From: Octopus bimaculoides
Taxonomy: Eukaryota
NCBI RefSeq assembly: GCF_001194135.2
Contig: NC_068983.1
Span: 141,151,583 to 141,186,333 of the forward strand
Length of the DNA: 34,751 bases
Direction of reading: 5' to 3'
The position numbers and the translations under genes are program-made. Below the pieces are notes generated by a model that searched no databases, was not told the origin of the DNA, and saw only the letters and a list, made by a program, of their open reading frames with translations. Below, one piece after another: positions 10,575-21,956 of the stretch. The stretch's first letter is position 1. Each line of letters starts with the position of its first letter.

Positions 10575-11502
10575 TCATCGCACCCGACATGGTCACGACG
10601 AGACTGATCCATCAATAGTTCTTTAACGTGAAGCACGAAGGCTGCATTGACTTCCGGTTTCAGCGGGGGATGCGTCCTACAGATCAGACGCTCCATTCGT
10701 TGTCAATACCTGCTGAATGATGGACTGGTCGTGCCGTAGCTACTGTTGCACAGACATGCGTTGAGGCCACATCTCCAACGCTTCCTTGATGATGAGGACT
10801 TTGTGATCACGGTTTGTCAGACTCGTTCTTCCCCAGCGAATCACTTTGACTGAGCTGCAGACCTGGATCAAATGTAGACCAATCCAAAGCGCCTGGCACC
10901 TACAGTATCGTCAGGCGCTCACAGCCTTCTGTCAGTCGAGCAATGTAGTCGATGGAAATTCCACTTTGGACCTGTATAGAGGGTTAGTGGCGGCAAGTGC
11001 ATCGACGTTCTGGTGAGACACTGAGCATCGACGACTATCATCTGGCTGGTCTGTTCTCGAGAACTTTCGGGCCGGTGCTCATGGATAATTTTTGGAAATC
11101 CTTGCCCTGGAAATGATACTGAGGACCATTGCTGGACCGGAAAAAAACTCTGCAGGCATGGAACTGTCGTCAGCCGAGCTTGCCTAGGATGCGCACAGAA
11201 CGACGAAACTGTTCTGCATGCTCTCGTCCAGTACCTAAATATTGATGACGTGTGAGTTAATGCCGAACATCTGTCACGTGCTGGACGGATCACGTTATCA
11301 GCTGTGTTTATTGTGAAGATCGTCCTACCTCTTTCCTTTGGTCGGGACGGGCAGGCAGTGTTTATTTGTATGGTAGCCTTAGTGAAAGATGTGTGGTGGA
11401 CCAAATTGAAAGGGCTGAAGTCAGATACTTTCCTCTTTGACCAAGCCCTCATCAGCTTTTTCAAGTTTCACTTGAAAAGGACAGTGAGGCTAGGAAAGGA
11501 AG
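10575..11502 (+). mobile_element. Decayed L1/Tx1-clade LINE ORF2 C-terminal fragment with zf-RVT-like zinc knuckle
   Basis: Translation from 11145: KLCRHGTVVSRACLGCAQNDETVLHALVQYLNIDDV*, i.e. C-x2-C...ET-x2-H with the last Cys lost. Upstream IRRSIRCQYLLNDGLVVP*LLLHRHALR resembles the post-RT GGLG region. Stops and frameshifts are present; GC is higher than the flanks. Confidence 0.8.
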
Positions 11503-11534
11503 TGGTGGTGATGGTGGTGGTGGTGGTGGTGGTG
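11503..11534. repeat. (GGT)n microsatellite
   Basis: Direct reading; lies between the LINE fragment and the SINE. Confidence 0.95.
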
Positions 11535-11538
11535 TTAA

Positions 11539-11750
11539 GGTGGCGAGCTGACAATCATTAGTACGTCGGGCAAATTGCTTAACGGCATTTGGTACGTCTT
11601 TATGTTCTGAGTTCAAATTCCGCCGAAGCCGACTTTGCCTTTCATCCCTTCGTGGTCGATAAAATAAGCACCAGTTGAATACTGGAGTTGATGTGATCGA
11701 TTTTCCCTCTCCCACAAAATTTCAGGCCCTGTGCCTACAACAGAAAAGAT
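11539..11750 (+). mobile_element. tRNA-derived SINE, family A, near full length
   Basis: Head GGTGGCGAGCTG, B-box GAGTTCAAATTCC (11609-11621), central GCCTTTCATCC...GGTCGATAAAATAAGCACCAG, 3' AAAATTTCAGGCCCTGTGCC...AGAAAAGAT followed by (TTA)n. Five further copies or fragments occur in the window. Confidence 0.9.
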
Positions 11751-11774
11751 TATTATTATTATTATTTTTATTAT

Positions 11775-11810
<36 letters not shown>
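11751..11810. repeat. (TTA)n then (GTA)n SINE tail microsatellite
   Basis: Direct reading. Confidence 0.95.
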
Positions 11811-11811
<1 letters not shown>

Positions 11812-11813
11812 CA

Positions 11814-11942
11814 GGCGGCAAGCTGGTAGTATCCTTAGTACGACGGACAAAATGCTTCGCGACAATTCGTCCGTCTATACGTTCTGAGCTCAAATTTCGC
11901 TGAGGTCGACTTTGCCTTCCATCAACTTGGAGTCGATAAATG
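11814..11942 (+). mobile_element. tRNA-derived SINE, family A, 3'-truncated
   Basis: GGCGGCAAGCTGG head, GTTCTGAGCTCAAATTTCGCTGAGGTCGACTTTGCCTTCCATC; aligns with 11539-11670. Confidence 0.85.
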
Positions 11943-12259
11943 TAACATCATTCAGTTCCTAGGACCCATATAATCGCCCTCCCCCGTTCCCTCCAATATT
12001 ACTGACTCACTGTGAAAATTGGAAGCCACTCTTAGAAAGGTCAGTGAAATGGCTGAATCTCTAGAATGACAGATAAGATATCTAACCGTATTTAGAGCGC
12101 TTTCTGTTTTTTTTTTATTGTTTTCTTTTTGTTCAAATTTTGCCAAGATACACCGTACCTTTATCGATTAAAGTACAAGTTTATACCAAAGTCGATGATA
12201 TTGACTGTCCCCTTTCTTTTAAAATTGTTGACCTCTGTCTAAATTTTAAACCATTACTA

Positions 12260-12956
12260 CTATTATCGTAGTTGCTGCTGTTGTAGTTGTAATCGTTGTC
12301 GTCAAGTCCTGTTGTCATTTATTTATATCACTGTGATTGTTATGACTGAAGTTTTCCTTCACTTTTATGTGCCATTTTTTTATTTAATAATACATCACTA
12401 TATTCATTTAATATTATCAACATTGTTGTATTTTTATTGGTATTGTTTTTGTTGTTACTTACATTGTTCATGTATTCTTTATTGTGGCGGCTATATTTGT
12501 TTTTCTTATCTTTGTTTCTTGTTTTCATTTTATTATATTTCACTCCTTGATAATGTTTCCCTGTTTTCATTGTTATTTCCGGCGGTGCTTTTATAACGTA
12601 TTGTTTTTGTTGTCACTATTCTTATGGGTATTTTGTTGTTGTTATAGCTGTCGTTGCCGTTGTTTCAGATGCTGTTATTGTTCCTGTCGGTTTTAGAACT
12701 ATTGTCATTGTCATTTTTCTCTCGATCTTTTCTGTATTTTCTTCTCACCATTGTTAATTTTTCGGCTTTGATATTTTTTCTTTATATTTCAAGTCGTGTT
12801 TCTGTTTTTTATTTTTAAATAAGACTCGTGTCTTTCTCCTGTGATTCAATACCGCCACACACTGTTGCCATACTTGTATTGTGGTTGTTATTGTTGTTAT
12901 TCTTGCTGATAATGCTGTTATTTTCATCATTCATGGTGGAGGCACAGTCGATAGTA

Positions 12957-12994
<38 letters not shown>

Positions 12995-13400
12995 TGTAGT
13001 GGCGTGCTGTTTTTTTCATATACGTATGTTTACTTGCAATGTTGTCACACTTGTCGGAGATACTTTAGTGTCAGAAGTGGTGGTACTGTTTGTAGTGCTG
13101 ACGTCTTACTAGCTGTGTTGCATTTGTTTTTTGTTTCTCTATGCTATAGACGCGTTTATTGTTGTTATTCTTGTGTTCTTTGTGATGGTGGTAATGATCA
13201 TATTGATATTGTTGTTTTGATGATGATGGTTGTTGCGCTGCTGGTATATTATATATGTTTTGGCGTAAATGTTGTTTATATTGTTTTTATTTATTATTGA
13301 TTTTGTTGTTGGTTTCAACGTTTTCATTCTCTGTTGAAATTTTTGTCTAGCACATATAGTTTTTCTTCTTCGTGATATTTAACTTTCTTCATTCAATAAT
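12260..13400. repeat. Degenerate (GTT/ATT)n low-complexity region with a pure (ATT)n at about 12955-12995
   Basis: T-rich triplet-derived sequence producing several hydrophobic spurious ORFs (12312, 12484, 12828, 12881). Confidence 0.85.
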
Positions 13401-15616
13401 GTTACCATTTTGTTTACGTTGCGTTGTTGCAGTTGCTTTTATTTGTATTGTATTGTCACTGTAGCTCTTACAGTGCTTATTATTATTCATTTTATCGTCA
13501 GTGCTCACTACATGTTGTTCGAAGTTATTTTTTGTTTAATGTCAGTATATTTTTTATCACCTGATGTTATTTTACATTGTATTTCTCAGTAGTAATTCAA
13601 TGTTGATTTATTTGATTTGGTTAAAAGGTCTGTGGGTGATAGGCAACCTCAGTATTATGCTGGTACATATTTTTGAGGAGCACATTTGACCCGAAAATTG
13701 AAACAAGTGTATAAGCATTTTGCAGAGTTTAGATTTTAAAGAAGTTGATTTAATTAAAGTTGAATAACAAATTAAGATTAAAAATGAATTGTTTGAACTT
13801 TGTACATAAAAATTAATCAATTCAAAATAATGTATAAATTGAACACCTAGCTTGACTTCATATTTTATCATACTTTGCAATATTAATGATGTTACTCTCT
13901 ATAAAGCATTCATAAATACGGATGAAGAACTGAAAAAAGACACAATTTCAGTGTCTGTAACTGCAGGCCTCAATGAAGAATATGTTATCGTGACGTAGGA
14001 CATTTAGAGCAGAGAGAAGGCTTCTGCCATAGATACTGTGCATCACCAGTTATAGGAGGTTTTGCTGTTATTCTACTCTTGGCGGAATATTTTTTGAAGA
14101 ATCGTTAAAACTGTTAGATAAAACACTTTAAGTAACATTTTAAAGTATATTTCTACGGCGTGTTATTAAATTACAAAATCTTTCTCTGAGTTTCTTACTT
14201 CCATCTATGTCTGCAGTGATATAATTTAAATTTAGTAGGGGTAGAACTTTTAACAAGATCGAAGGGTGGAGATGTGAAGCACTCATCAACTTTAAAGTAA
14301 TGAGTAATAGATTATTACAGTCTCTGCAGCTTATATCTTATTGAGCATGTCATGCACAGAGCAAGGATGGGGAAAATATTCAAATCATAGAGTCCTCACC
14401 AGTTAGTATTTACTTAAGTAACACAACGAACAGTGGCTCCATGAAAACAAATATTACATCTTGCGTATGACCATACTTGATGATAATCTCTTTAATTCAT
14501 GTGTAATCGTATGCAAAAAGAACTTTTCAAAGAGCCAGTTATGTGAAACGGATACTTAATTTATCAACAAGAAAATACTATGAATCTAATTTTACACTGG
14601 TTGAATTTGAACGTAGGACATGTAGGTTTGAAAGATAGTGTACTTCTTATGCTGCTGTGCTATTTGCGTCATTTCTTCACATATGACATGCTATATTTGA
14701 ATGCTGGTAATCTAAATACATTTAAGAAGGAAGCATTAAGATGCAAATAAGATGCTAGAAAGCTCATAAGGAATGCCACTGGTTGTTAGAATTTCTACAA
14801 GATATACTGATAAGAGAAACCTCTTATTAACAATATATTTCCGTGTGTTATGTCAAGATTTATATGAAAATCAGAAAGCATTGTTTAGTTTGATAACTAT
14901 GCAGATTAAACTAGATCGAAGAAACAGGCAAAGTAAAAGTGTAAGAAAGACGACAATGAAATAAAGGAGAATTGTAAGGACTGAATTAATGGAGATAGTA
15001 ATAAGAATGAAATGAAATTACTGAGAATTACAATGATTCTCGATATCTGTTGCTTCAAAACTAAACACTGTGTAAGATAACTCAAATAGGTTTATATTGA
15101 AAATCTGCTAACTTTAAAGTCTGTTATAAACTTAACGATATAAACCGTATATTTGAACGTATGTCCCACTAGAAAACAATTACATAGACTCAAGATAATG
15201 AATATAGAATAATACTTGAAGTATTTGATCTGAACCACAAACTGATGTAGTTACTTCCTGTAAATTTGCCTTTGGTAGGATTATTTTTCGGTTAGTAAGA
15301 TTAAGAGATCTATTTCAGAGTAAACCCTTCATATGTACTTAGCAAGATTTTCGAAACTTTCGTGAAAGTTAATTTTACAGGATTGTTTGAAATCTGGCTA
15401 CAGGAATTCTACAAAGCTCATGGCATCAACACTGTCTTCTAACATTTTATATTCGGTGATTAGCGCATATCTTGAGCATAATAGGCAGAAATATGTTATC
15501 GTCCACTACCCTATGATAAATATCACTCAACATCCTAGATACCAACTAACAAAGCATTTTTAATTATAAAATCATAGTACTTCGTTATATATATTTATAT
15601 ATTATATTGTATGGAT

Positions 15617-15780
15617 AGCGCAGATGATGTTGTTTAATACGACATTTACTTCCCAACCATATGGTTCTGGGCTGTCCCACTGCGTGAGAACCTACGCAAG
15701 TGTCGTCTACTACAGATCGGAACCGACAAAAGGCCTATGAGTGGGTGTGGTAGACGAAAACTGAAAAAGTTCTTCATATG
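15617..15780 (+). mobile_element. tRNA-derived SINE, family C, diverged 5' half
   Basis: TTCCCAACCATATGGTTCTGGGCTGTCCCACTGCGTG...GTGGGTGTGGTAGACGAAAACTGAAA aligns with 16321-16480. Confidence 0.8.
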
Positions 15781-16320
15781 CATAATGTGTACATATGTGT
15801 GGTGGTGTTGGGATGTATGTAAACCGTAGAATATCAGAAAGTATGAGAGGTGAACATATTTATTTAGCTACTTTTTTATACTGAGGGATACGATCGTTTC
15901 GCAATCTTCATCGTGTAATAATAATTTCAACGTATAATAAATTATTTTACATGTCTGCACCAGTATGCATACTACTCATTTAGAAATCAATGCCGATAGA
16001 TAACGAAGACCAGCTCATCAGATCACGATAACATTATCATTACACTAATACTTCAACTCTACATACACATACAAAATTTTCCTTCAAATAAACATTGTAT
16101 AGAAAAAGGGTACAAGATAGAATTAACTTACTATGATCATTAGAAATAAATATAAACAATATATGTATTTTGTCTTTTTCAGAGTCTTCAAGATGATGGT
16201 TGTGAAGAGAGTTTCTTCAAGATTTAAATTATTTTCATAACCTGTCATCACAAAGGAGATCAGTTGACTTAGTCATCCAGTTCCACTAAAGGAGCTTTCT
16301 GTGGAGGCCACATAATTTTA

Positions 16321-16480
16321 TGTAGCCGTGTAGTCAGAAACTTGTTTTCCAACCACATGGTACCGGGTTCAGTCCCACTGCGTAGCACCTTGGGCGAGTA
16401 TCTTCTGCTATAGCCTCGAGCCGACCAAAACCTTGTGAGTGGATTTGGTAGACGGAAACTGAAAGAAGCCCGTCGTGCAT
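16321..16480 (+). mobile_element. tRNA-derived SINE, family C, 5' half
   Basis: B-box-like GGGTTCAGTCCC, CORE/V-like CACCTTGGGCGAGTATCTT, then GGATTTGGTAGACGGAAACTGAAAGAAGCCCGTCGT running into (TA)n. Confidence 0.9.
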
Positions 16481-16488
16481 ATATATAT

Positions 16489-16540
16489 ATTAATAATATC
16501 AGGATAATAAAAATATTTTTATTACCCTGATATTATTAAT
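16489..16540. repeat. 52-bp spacer-less palindrome with one mismatch
   Basis: Left arm ATTAATAATATCAGGATAATAAAAAT; reverse complement of the right arm ATTAATAATATCAGGGTAATAAAAAT. Confidence 0.95.
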
Positions 16541-16779
16541 TATTGATAATTTTTTCTGGAACATTTTCGAAGTTACGCCGGCATTATTTTATTTGCCGCC
16601 GACAAAAAACTGCGCTTGTGCGGTGGATTTGAAAGATTATAATGTATAAGCACGGGGCATATGCTGGATTGCCTCGTACTTATATGTTTAATTTATGGCT
16701 ACTTGTTGATGAAGACTTCGCCCAGCAAATTATTTTATTTGCTAAAAAAAAGTCAGAAACCATTATCCAGGAGATAGAT

Positions 16780-16789
16780 NNNNNNNNNN

Positions 16790-16843
<54 letters not shown>

Positions 16844-16878
16844 ACACACGCAGATATATATATATATATATATATATA
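16780..16878. repeat. 10-N gap followed by (CA)n and (TA)n
   Basis: Direct reading. Confidence 0.95.
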
Positions 16879-17221
16879 TTGCACTGTAAATTTAATTTTC
16901 TCTACTCATTAATCTAACGAGCAATTAAGTGGCTCACTCACAATGATGGAAAAACTACATATTGATACGTCGCTGAACAATGTTCATATTTCTCGTCGGG
17001 ATGAATACACTAAGCTTCTAATCCATAAAATTAGCTCCTTTATAAAATGAATGCGTGGGGAGACCTGCCATTTTAAAATTGAGACTAAGTAATCTTATCT
17101 CTTTTCTGATGACAGGTTTTTACGAAAGGAACTGAAATCCAAAGGAGAACCTCCTCACAACCATGTTCTCAAAGACTAAAAAGAACCAAACTATATTTAT
17201 TATTTATATTTATTTTTAATG

Positions 17222-17420
17222 ACCATACGTGCGTGTGTGTGACTGACTGTGTCTTTGTCCTTGTACCCCATCACCGCTTGACATCAATTAGCGGCTCAGC
17301 AAAAGAGACCGATATAATAAGTACCTGACCTTAGTAAAGTGCTGGGGTTGATTTGTTCGACTAAATACTTCATAGCGGTGATGCATCATCACTGCAGTCT
17401 AATTACTGAAATGAGTAAAA
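17222..17420 (+). mobile_element. SINE family C 3' half
   Basis: (TG)n-like start, TTAGCGGCTCAGCAAAAGAGACCGATATAATAAGTACC, CTGGGGTTGATTTGTTCGACTAAA, and tail GCGGTG...CAGTCTAATTACTGAAATGAGTAAAAGAG matching the tail at 8687-8740. Confidence 0.75.
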
Positions 17421-17670
17421 GAGAGAAGGTAAATTATATCTTATATACATACATGTGTGTTTATTTGTGTGCTCTCAGTCAAGTGGGGTGAGACAGGGAG
17501 CTCTAAATAACCTTGAAAAGCTTTAGAAGATGTGTCAAAACAGGTTTCGAACTATGTTCATGGAGATTGTTTCCAAACTAAAACAATTCCACCAAGCGTG
17601 ACTGATGCCAGAATTTGAAACAAGAGATTTGATATGTATATTCAGTTTCTAACTTCTTTCTTTGCAACAG

Positions 17671-17727
17671 TTGCCATCATTCCAATTCCAAGACATGTGA
17701 CTGAATATATACCCTAATATCCAGCCA
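17671..17727 (+). other. Candidate 57-nt exon, closed in all three frames (non-coding or poison exon)
   Basis: Branch-like CTAAC (17649-17653), tract TTCTTTCTTTGCAACAG, donor CCA|GTAAGT. Confidence 0.3.
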
Positions 17728-17971
17728 GTAAGTAAAATAAATCTTTCTTTTTGACTGTCTTCTTTAAGATTAATTTCAGCAACTGCAATGTTTAATAGAA
17801 AAACTGAAAATCGGAATTCTTGAGTGCCTAATAATTTATCTTTTTAATATAAGCTGAAAAAAATTCAAGATATTCTGCTCGGAGATTTTCAGGACATCTT
17901 GAAACAATTATATAATACGAAATCGCGCGTGAAATTTATATATAGATTATATTTTCTACATACGAGTATAT

Positions 17972-18041
17972 CAGGCTGCGGATGCAATAAAATGTGCTCG
18001 CGGGCGAAATTCCACCCGCGGGCGGGGTTTCCCCACCCATG
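17972..18041. mobile_element. Possible hAT-type MITE end fragment
   Basis: GC-rich GCTCGCGGGCGAAATTCCACCCGCGGGCGGGGTTTCCCCACCCATG resembles the subterminal CCCGCGGGCC...TTTGCCCACCCCTG pattern of hAT MITEs (from memory). No partner TIR or TSD found. Confidence 0.35.
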
Positions 18042-18619
18042 CTTTAGAGACTCTATTCTGGAGCATCTTGAGAAACGTTTTATTTGTAATCTTGTTACTT
18101 ATATATTTGATTGATAATGCAAAGTATGCAATCATTTTCTACATTTTAGCATTTTTCAAATATTCAAATTTTGGTAACTTCACATGCAAAGTTTGTCAGT
18201 AACTTATGAATGTCCATGGGAGGTGTAACAGTGATCGATACTTCGATCTCAAGTGCACCTTGATGCCAAGATTTTTAGAACCTATGTCTAGTTTTAAGAA
18301 AGACAAACTAAGAGTTGGTAGGTTTATGGACCGTGTGAGTCAATTGTAGAGAAACGTACGGTCAAGCCATATACACGTGGATTAAGTGATGCCTAGAATT
18401 CTCGAGGACATTAAATGACATTAGACGTCTGTTAGAATATGCTTCCAAAGAGAGTACGGTTAACATCAGGAAGAGAAACAATAACAGACATATAGATGAG
18501 AAGTGAAAGCCTTCAAGGCGACGTCTCTCACATCCAGTCCTCTTATTGCTCACACTAACTAAATGTAAGGTATGATTATTATTGGAAAAGAATAGTGGAG
18601 ATAATGAAAGATCTACTTA

Positions 18620-19260
18620 TTCATTATTTAAAGCTTCATGACAAAACAAAATTCCACTGGGACTGTCAATGCCAATTATAAGAATATTTATAACAACTCT
18701 AGAATGGTTTTAGAAATCGAAAAATATACAATGAAATAGAGGAAGCAGCAACAACCCATTAAAAGTACTGGGATAGACATACTTGATATACAGTCATTTA
18801 ACGATGATGGAGCGTAAACACCTGAGAATACTAGACAAAGACATAATCAAAGGTATAGTAATGAAGGTCACTGAGCGCAAATTATAATTTCGCTGAATGA
18901 ATAAGATTTTAACATCCAAATGGAATACAAGACATAATCTTAAGCAGTGTTACCGATTAGCTATGGAGCAGGGATTATTGGGTAGGGGAAAGACTGAACT
19001 TAAAGACATCGACAGGAAAACGAGAAAGCAGTTCGCAATGTACAGAACCATGCACCCTAATCTGATATAGGTCAGTTATAATGGAAAAGAATAGCAGTAC
19101 GAAGGGCGTTAATGAATGTTGGAGAGTTAGTAAAACTGGAGAAGACAAGCCTATGCAATTGTCTAACACGAGGAGAAGAAGCACACTTTAAAGAGGTAAT
19201 AAGTAAAGGAATATTTGCAGAAGGAGAAAAAGGCAAAAAGGAAGGAATAAAAAACAGGAA
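18620..19260 (+). mobile_element. Decayed R4/Dong-like non-LTR retrotransposon, RT C-terminal fragment
   Basis: Broken translation: MVLEIEKYTMK*RK...KHLRILDKDII...ISYGAGIIG*GKTELKDIDRKTRKQFAMYRTMHP. This matches the RT/post-RT motifs G(I/L)EKC, YKYLG, RYGAGII.W...EL..IDRKTRK..TM...LHP. Confidence 0.75.
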
Positions 19261-19703
19261 ACAAACACTTCTATATGATATTGACGGCTAATAAGAAACA
19301 AATTATTATTATTACACTTGCATTGCTGGTTATTTCGTTAGCTGTCTTGCAAGTCATTATACTGAGTTATTACCTTACTTTCTAGCCATTGAATCGATTA
19401 AGGAAAGATAATGTACGTCTTTACTATAAATATGCTGTGGTTTGTCGTGCTTACTATTTGTTATAATGTTGCTGAAGCTAGAAAAACAACTGAAACCCAA
19501 CTGGGTTTTGGGTCTATTAAATAGCTTATGTAGATTGTTTCTTGTGTGATTCTTTTGAAATTAAATATAATTCTTTATAATTTTTCGAAATTAAATATAA
19601 TTCTATATGACAGACCAAGTTACTGTTGAAAAATGGTAAAGCAAATTTTCATTTAGGTTACTCTAACATTTCTTTGTGTGTTCTCTTCTCTTGTATATTT
19701 TAG

Positions 19704-19753
19704 TATGCTTTCCCTTAAGTCCAGATATTATTTTAAATCACTGTTTTACCTTG
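19704..19753 (+). other. Candidate 50-nt exon
   Basis: Long pyrimidine tract TTCTCTTCTCTTGTATATTTTAG and donor TTG|GTGAGT. Open in phase 1 (xCFPLSPDIILNHCFTL) and phase 2 (MLSLKSRYYFKSLFYL). Confidence 0.25.
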
Positions 19754-20492
19754 GTGAGTGGCTTCACTCTCAAATATTATTAAGTGTGAAAATATTATAA
19801 TAAATCTTTTTACTGACCTTCAGCTGTGACGTAGTGAGCCCATAGGTTGAGAGAGCAGCTTAATGGTCATGTGTCTGATTGCTGGCCTGAGAAAATGTGC
19901 TGTGTCCTAGAGAATAATACATTGCGCACTGCTTTTATACACTCATTTGAAAATGAGTACCTGTAATTGGACTTTAAAACTACGATGGACGAGTGTCCAT
20001 TTCAGTGGGGAAAAGTGTTTTATTTCCAGTTACTTAAGCGTCGCGAAATCGAGAGAAGCTCGAATGATGAGCGTGTATGCTCGATGTAAACTTTCATTTA
20101 ACAAATTACAGAGTGGTAACGCTAAGCAGTGATATGTATGAATACAAGGTTATTTCCAGTTCAAATATGACTGGAGCACGTTCGATCTAGTGAGAAAGCC
20201 ATTCATTGTGATTTGTCATGGAAAACATTTCTCGTTGTAAACAAATGGTGTAAATACACCAAAGTCGACTCGCAGTGCCACCAACTCAGAGTGTGAGATG
20301 CAAGCATTTCTGAGTGGTTATCTCCTCTTCAGCTCGGGTTCTTTAATTAGGATGAGCCGCCGATTAGCGCTATGAGTCATTGTACGATGACTGAAATATA
20401 AGACAGAAAATCTTTCTTAGCTCACAGTGCAACCTGTCCAGTTTCTGCGACTGAAGAGGAGATAACACTACGAAATGTTTGGATCATACAGT

Positions 20493-20531
20493 CTGGGTAG
20501 GTGGCACTGGGTAGGTGGCACTGGGTAGGTG
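20493..20531. repeat. 14-bp tandem repeat CTGGGTAGGTGGCA x2.8
   Basis: Exact units at 20493-20506 and 20507-20520, partial unit at 20521-20531. Confidence 0.95.
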
Positions 20532-21343
20532 TATCTACACCATTTGTATACAGCGAGTTTTCTATGACAAAAGACAAGTGAATGGATTTCTTATGGGTTC
20601 GAACGTAATGCAAGCAAATTTGAACTAGTTATAACCTTGCATTTAATTTAACACTTTTAGTTACATTGTTGGAGATGTTAGATAGGTGGTTTGAATTTAC
20701 AATAAATGTAGCATTTTTAAATATATAATCTATTAGATTTATTCTGATTGTTTATTCTGTACCGTTGTGTCTGTTGTTAAATTTCATGTTCTTTTGCTTT
20801 TATTCGAGTTCGTTAAGTCTCGAGAGTTTCAGCAAGATAACTTTACGATAACTTACCTTACTCATATAAATCTTATATTACAATGAACTCCGTATACTGT
20901 GCATTCTACCAAACATTCCATAAAAGAATATGGTAAATACTATGAAACACAAAACAGTTACCGTCTCTATCAATTTCCAGCCGATATAATTTAATTTCAC
21001 CTTATACCTTTCTAATATCTAGCTTTTGCTTCTACCTACCAGAATATGTAAAGGTTTTTTTTTTAACTAAATAGATATCATTTATATCTAACTTGCATAA
21101 TACCGTTTTCGTTATATTTTGTCTGTTCAAATCTAGGTGTGGTCATTTCTTTACCTAACAGAAATTAGCTAACTAGGAAGCCTCTAATTACATCTCGACA
21201 GTATAGAAATAGCTTTGATATCTCACCCTGCACTCTAAAAAGAAATGGTTTTATATGTTGAATAAAATGTCCCAATAAATAGAAACGAGCATATCTATCA
21301 TAGTTGAAATACATTTGACCATATGCTTAGCCAAATTGCCCTA

Positions 21344-21413
21344 TATTATTTTCTACTCTAGGAACAAGGCCCGAAATTTTGTGGGAGGACGGGCCAGTCG
21401 ATTAGATCGACCC
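21344..21413 (-). mobile_element. SINE family A 3' fragment
   Basis: Reverse complement GGGTCGATCTAATCGACTGGCCC...AAAATTTCGGGCCTTGTTCCTAGAGTAGAAAATAATA aligns with 11683-11755. Confidence 0.8.
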
Positions 21414-21956
21414 TTCGACTTCATATTTAATTTATACTCCGGAGAATTAAATATATATTGTTCACAGAGAAGGTTTTAAAACTTAGGATCATAAAACAAT
21501 TATGCTTAATAGCGAACTAATGTATTCTAAATTTCTTATTCCAACAGTTTACCGTTTCTGTAGAGCAGTCTTGTCGGATAATGTATGGAATATGATTGCT
21601 TTGAGTCATTGTTTAACTATGCTCAAAATTTTCTATTTCTATAATTAGGAGTGGGTTAATAAATCCATAAGAATTGTCTTCAATTGATTTTAGAGCAAGT
21701 CTGTGATATGGGAGACGAAACAATAATGTTAAATAATACATTCGAAATAATCCGACATATGTAACACATCTATTGATTTGTCGTGATGTGCTAACTTGGC
21801 ATACAATTTCATTAAGATATTTTCATTGAATCTGAAACATATACAATAATTATTGATGTCAGACATGTTTATTGGATGTGGAAGGATGATATATGATATA
21901 TTTGCCTCTGTCGGCCACATTAGTAATCGCACGTTAACTTATCCTACCTCACTTAG

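Noticed and set aside
10919-11464. 181-aa minus-strand ORF
   Set aside because: Antisense shadow of the plus-strand L1/Tx1 fragment.
11539-11625. tRNA gene calls for SINE heads (also 16321-16380, 27090-27177 and 34423-34510)
   Set aside because: A- and B-box-like motifs are present, but no cloverleaf can be folded and each continues into a shared SINE body.
12312-13327. Hydrophobic, transmembrane-looking ORFs (also 148..360, 1683..2151 and 23529..23802)
   Set aside because: They are translations of degenerate GTT/ATT/CT/GAT microsatellites, not real membrane proteins.
19557-19604. 18-bp direct repeat GAAATTAAATATAATTCT x2 (also TATCTTCTGTCATT x2 at 9535-9582)
   Set aside because: Only two units each; ordinary slippage duplications, not a CRISPR-like repeat-spacer array.
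20858-20940. Minus-strand segment with a good acceptor and a GTAAGT donor
   Set aside because: Closed in all frames with no companion minus-strand exons. Used as evidence that splice-like pairs arise by chance here.
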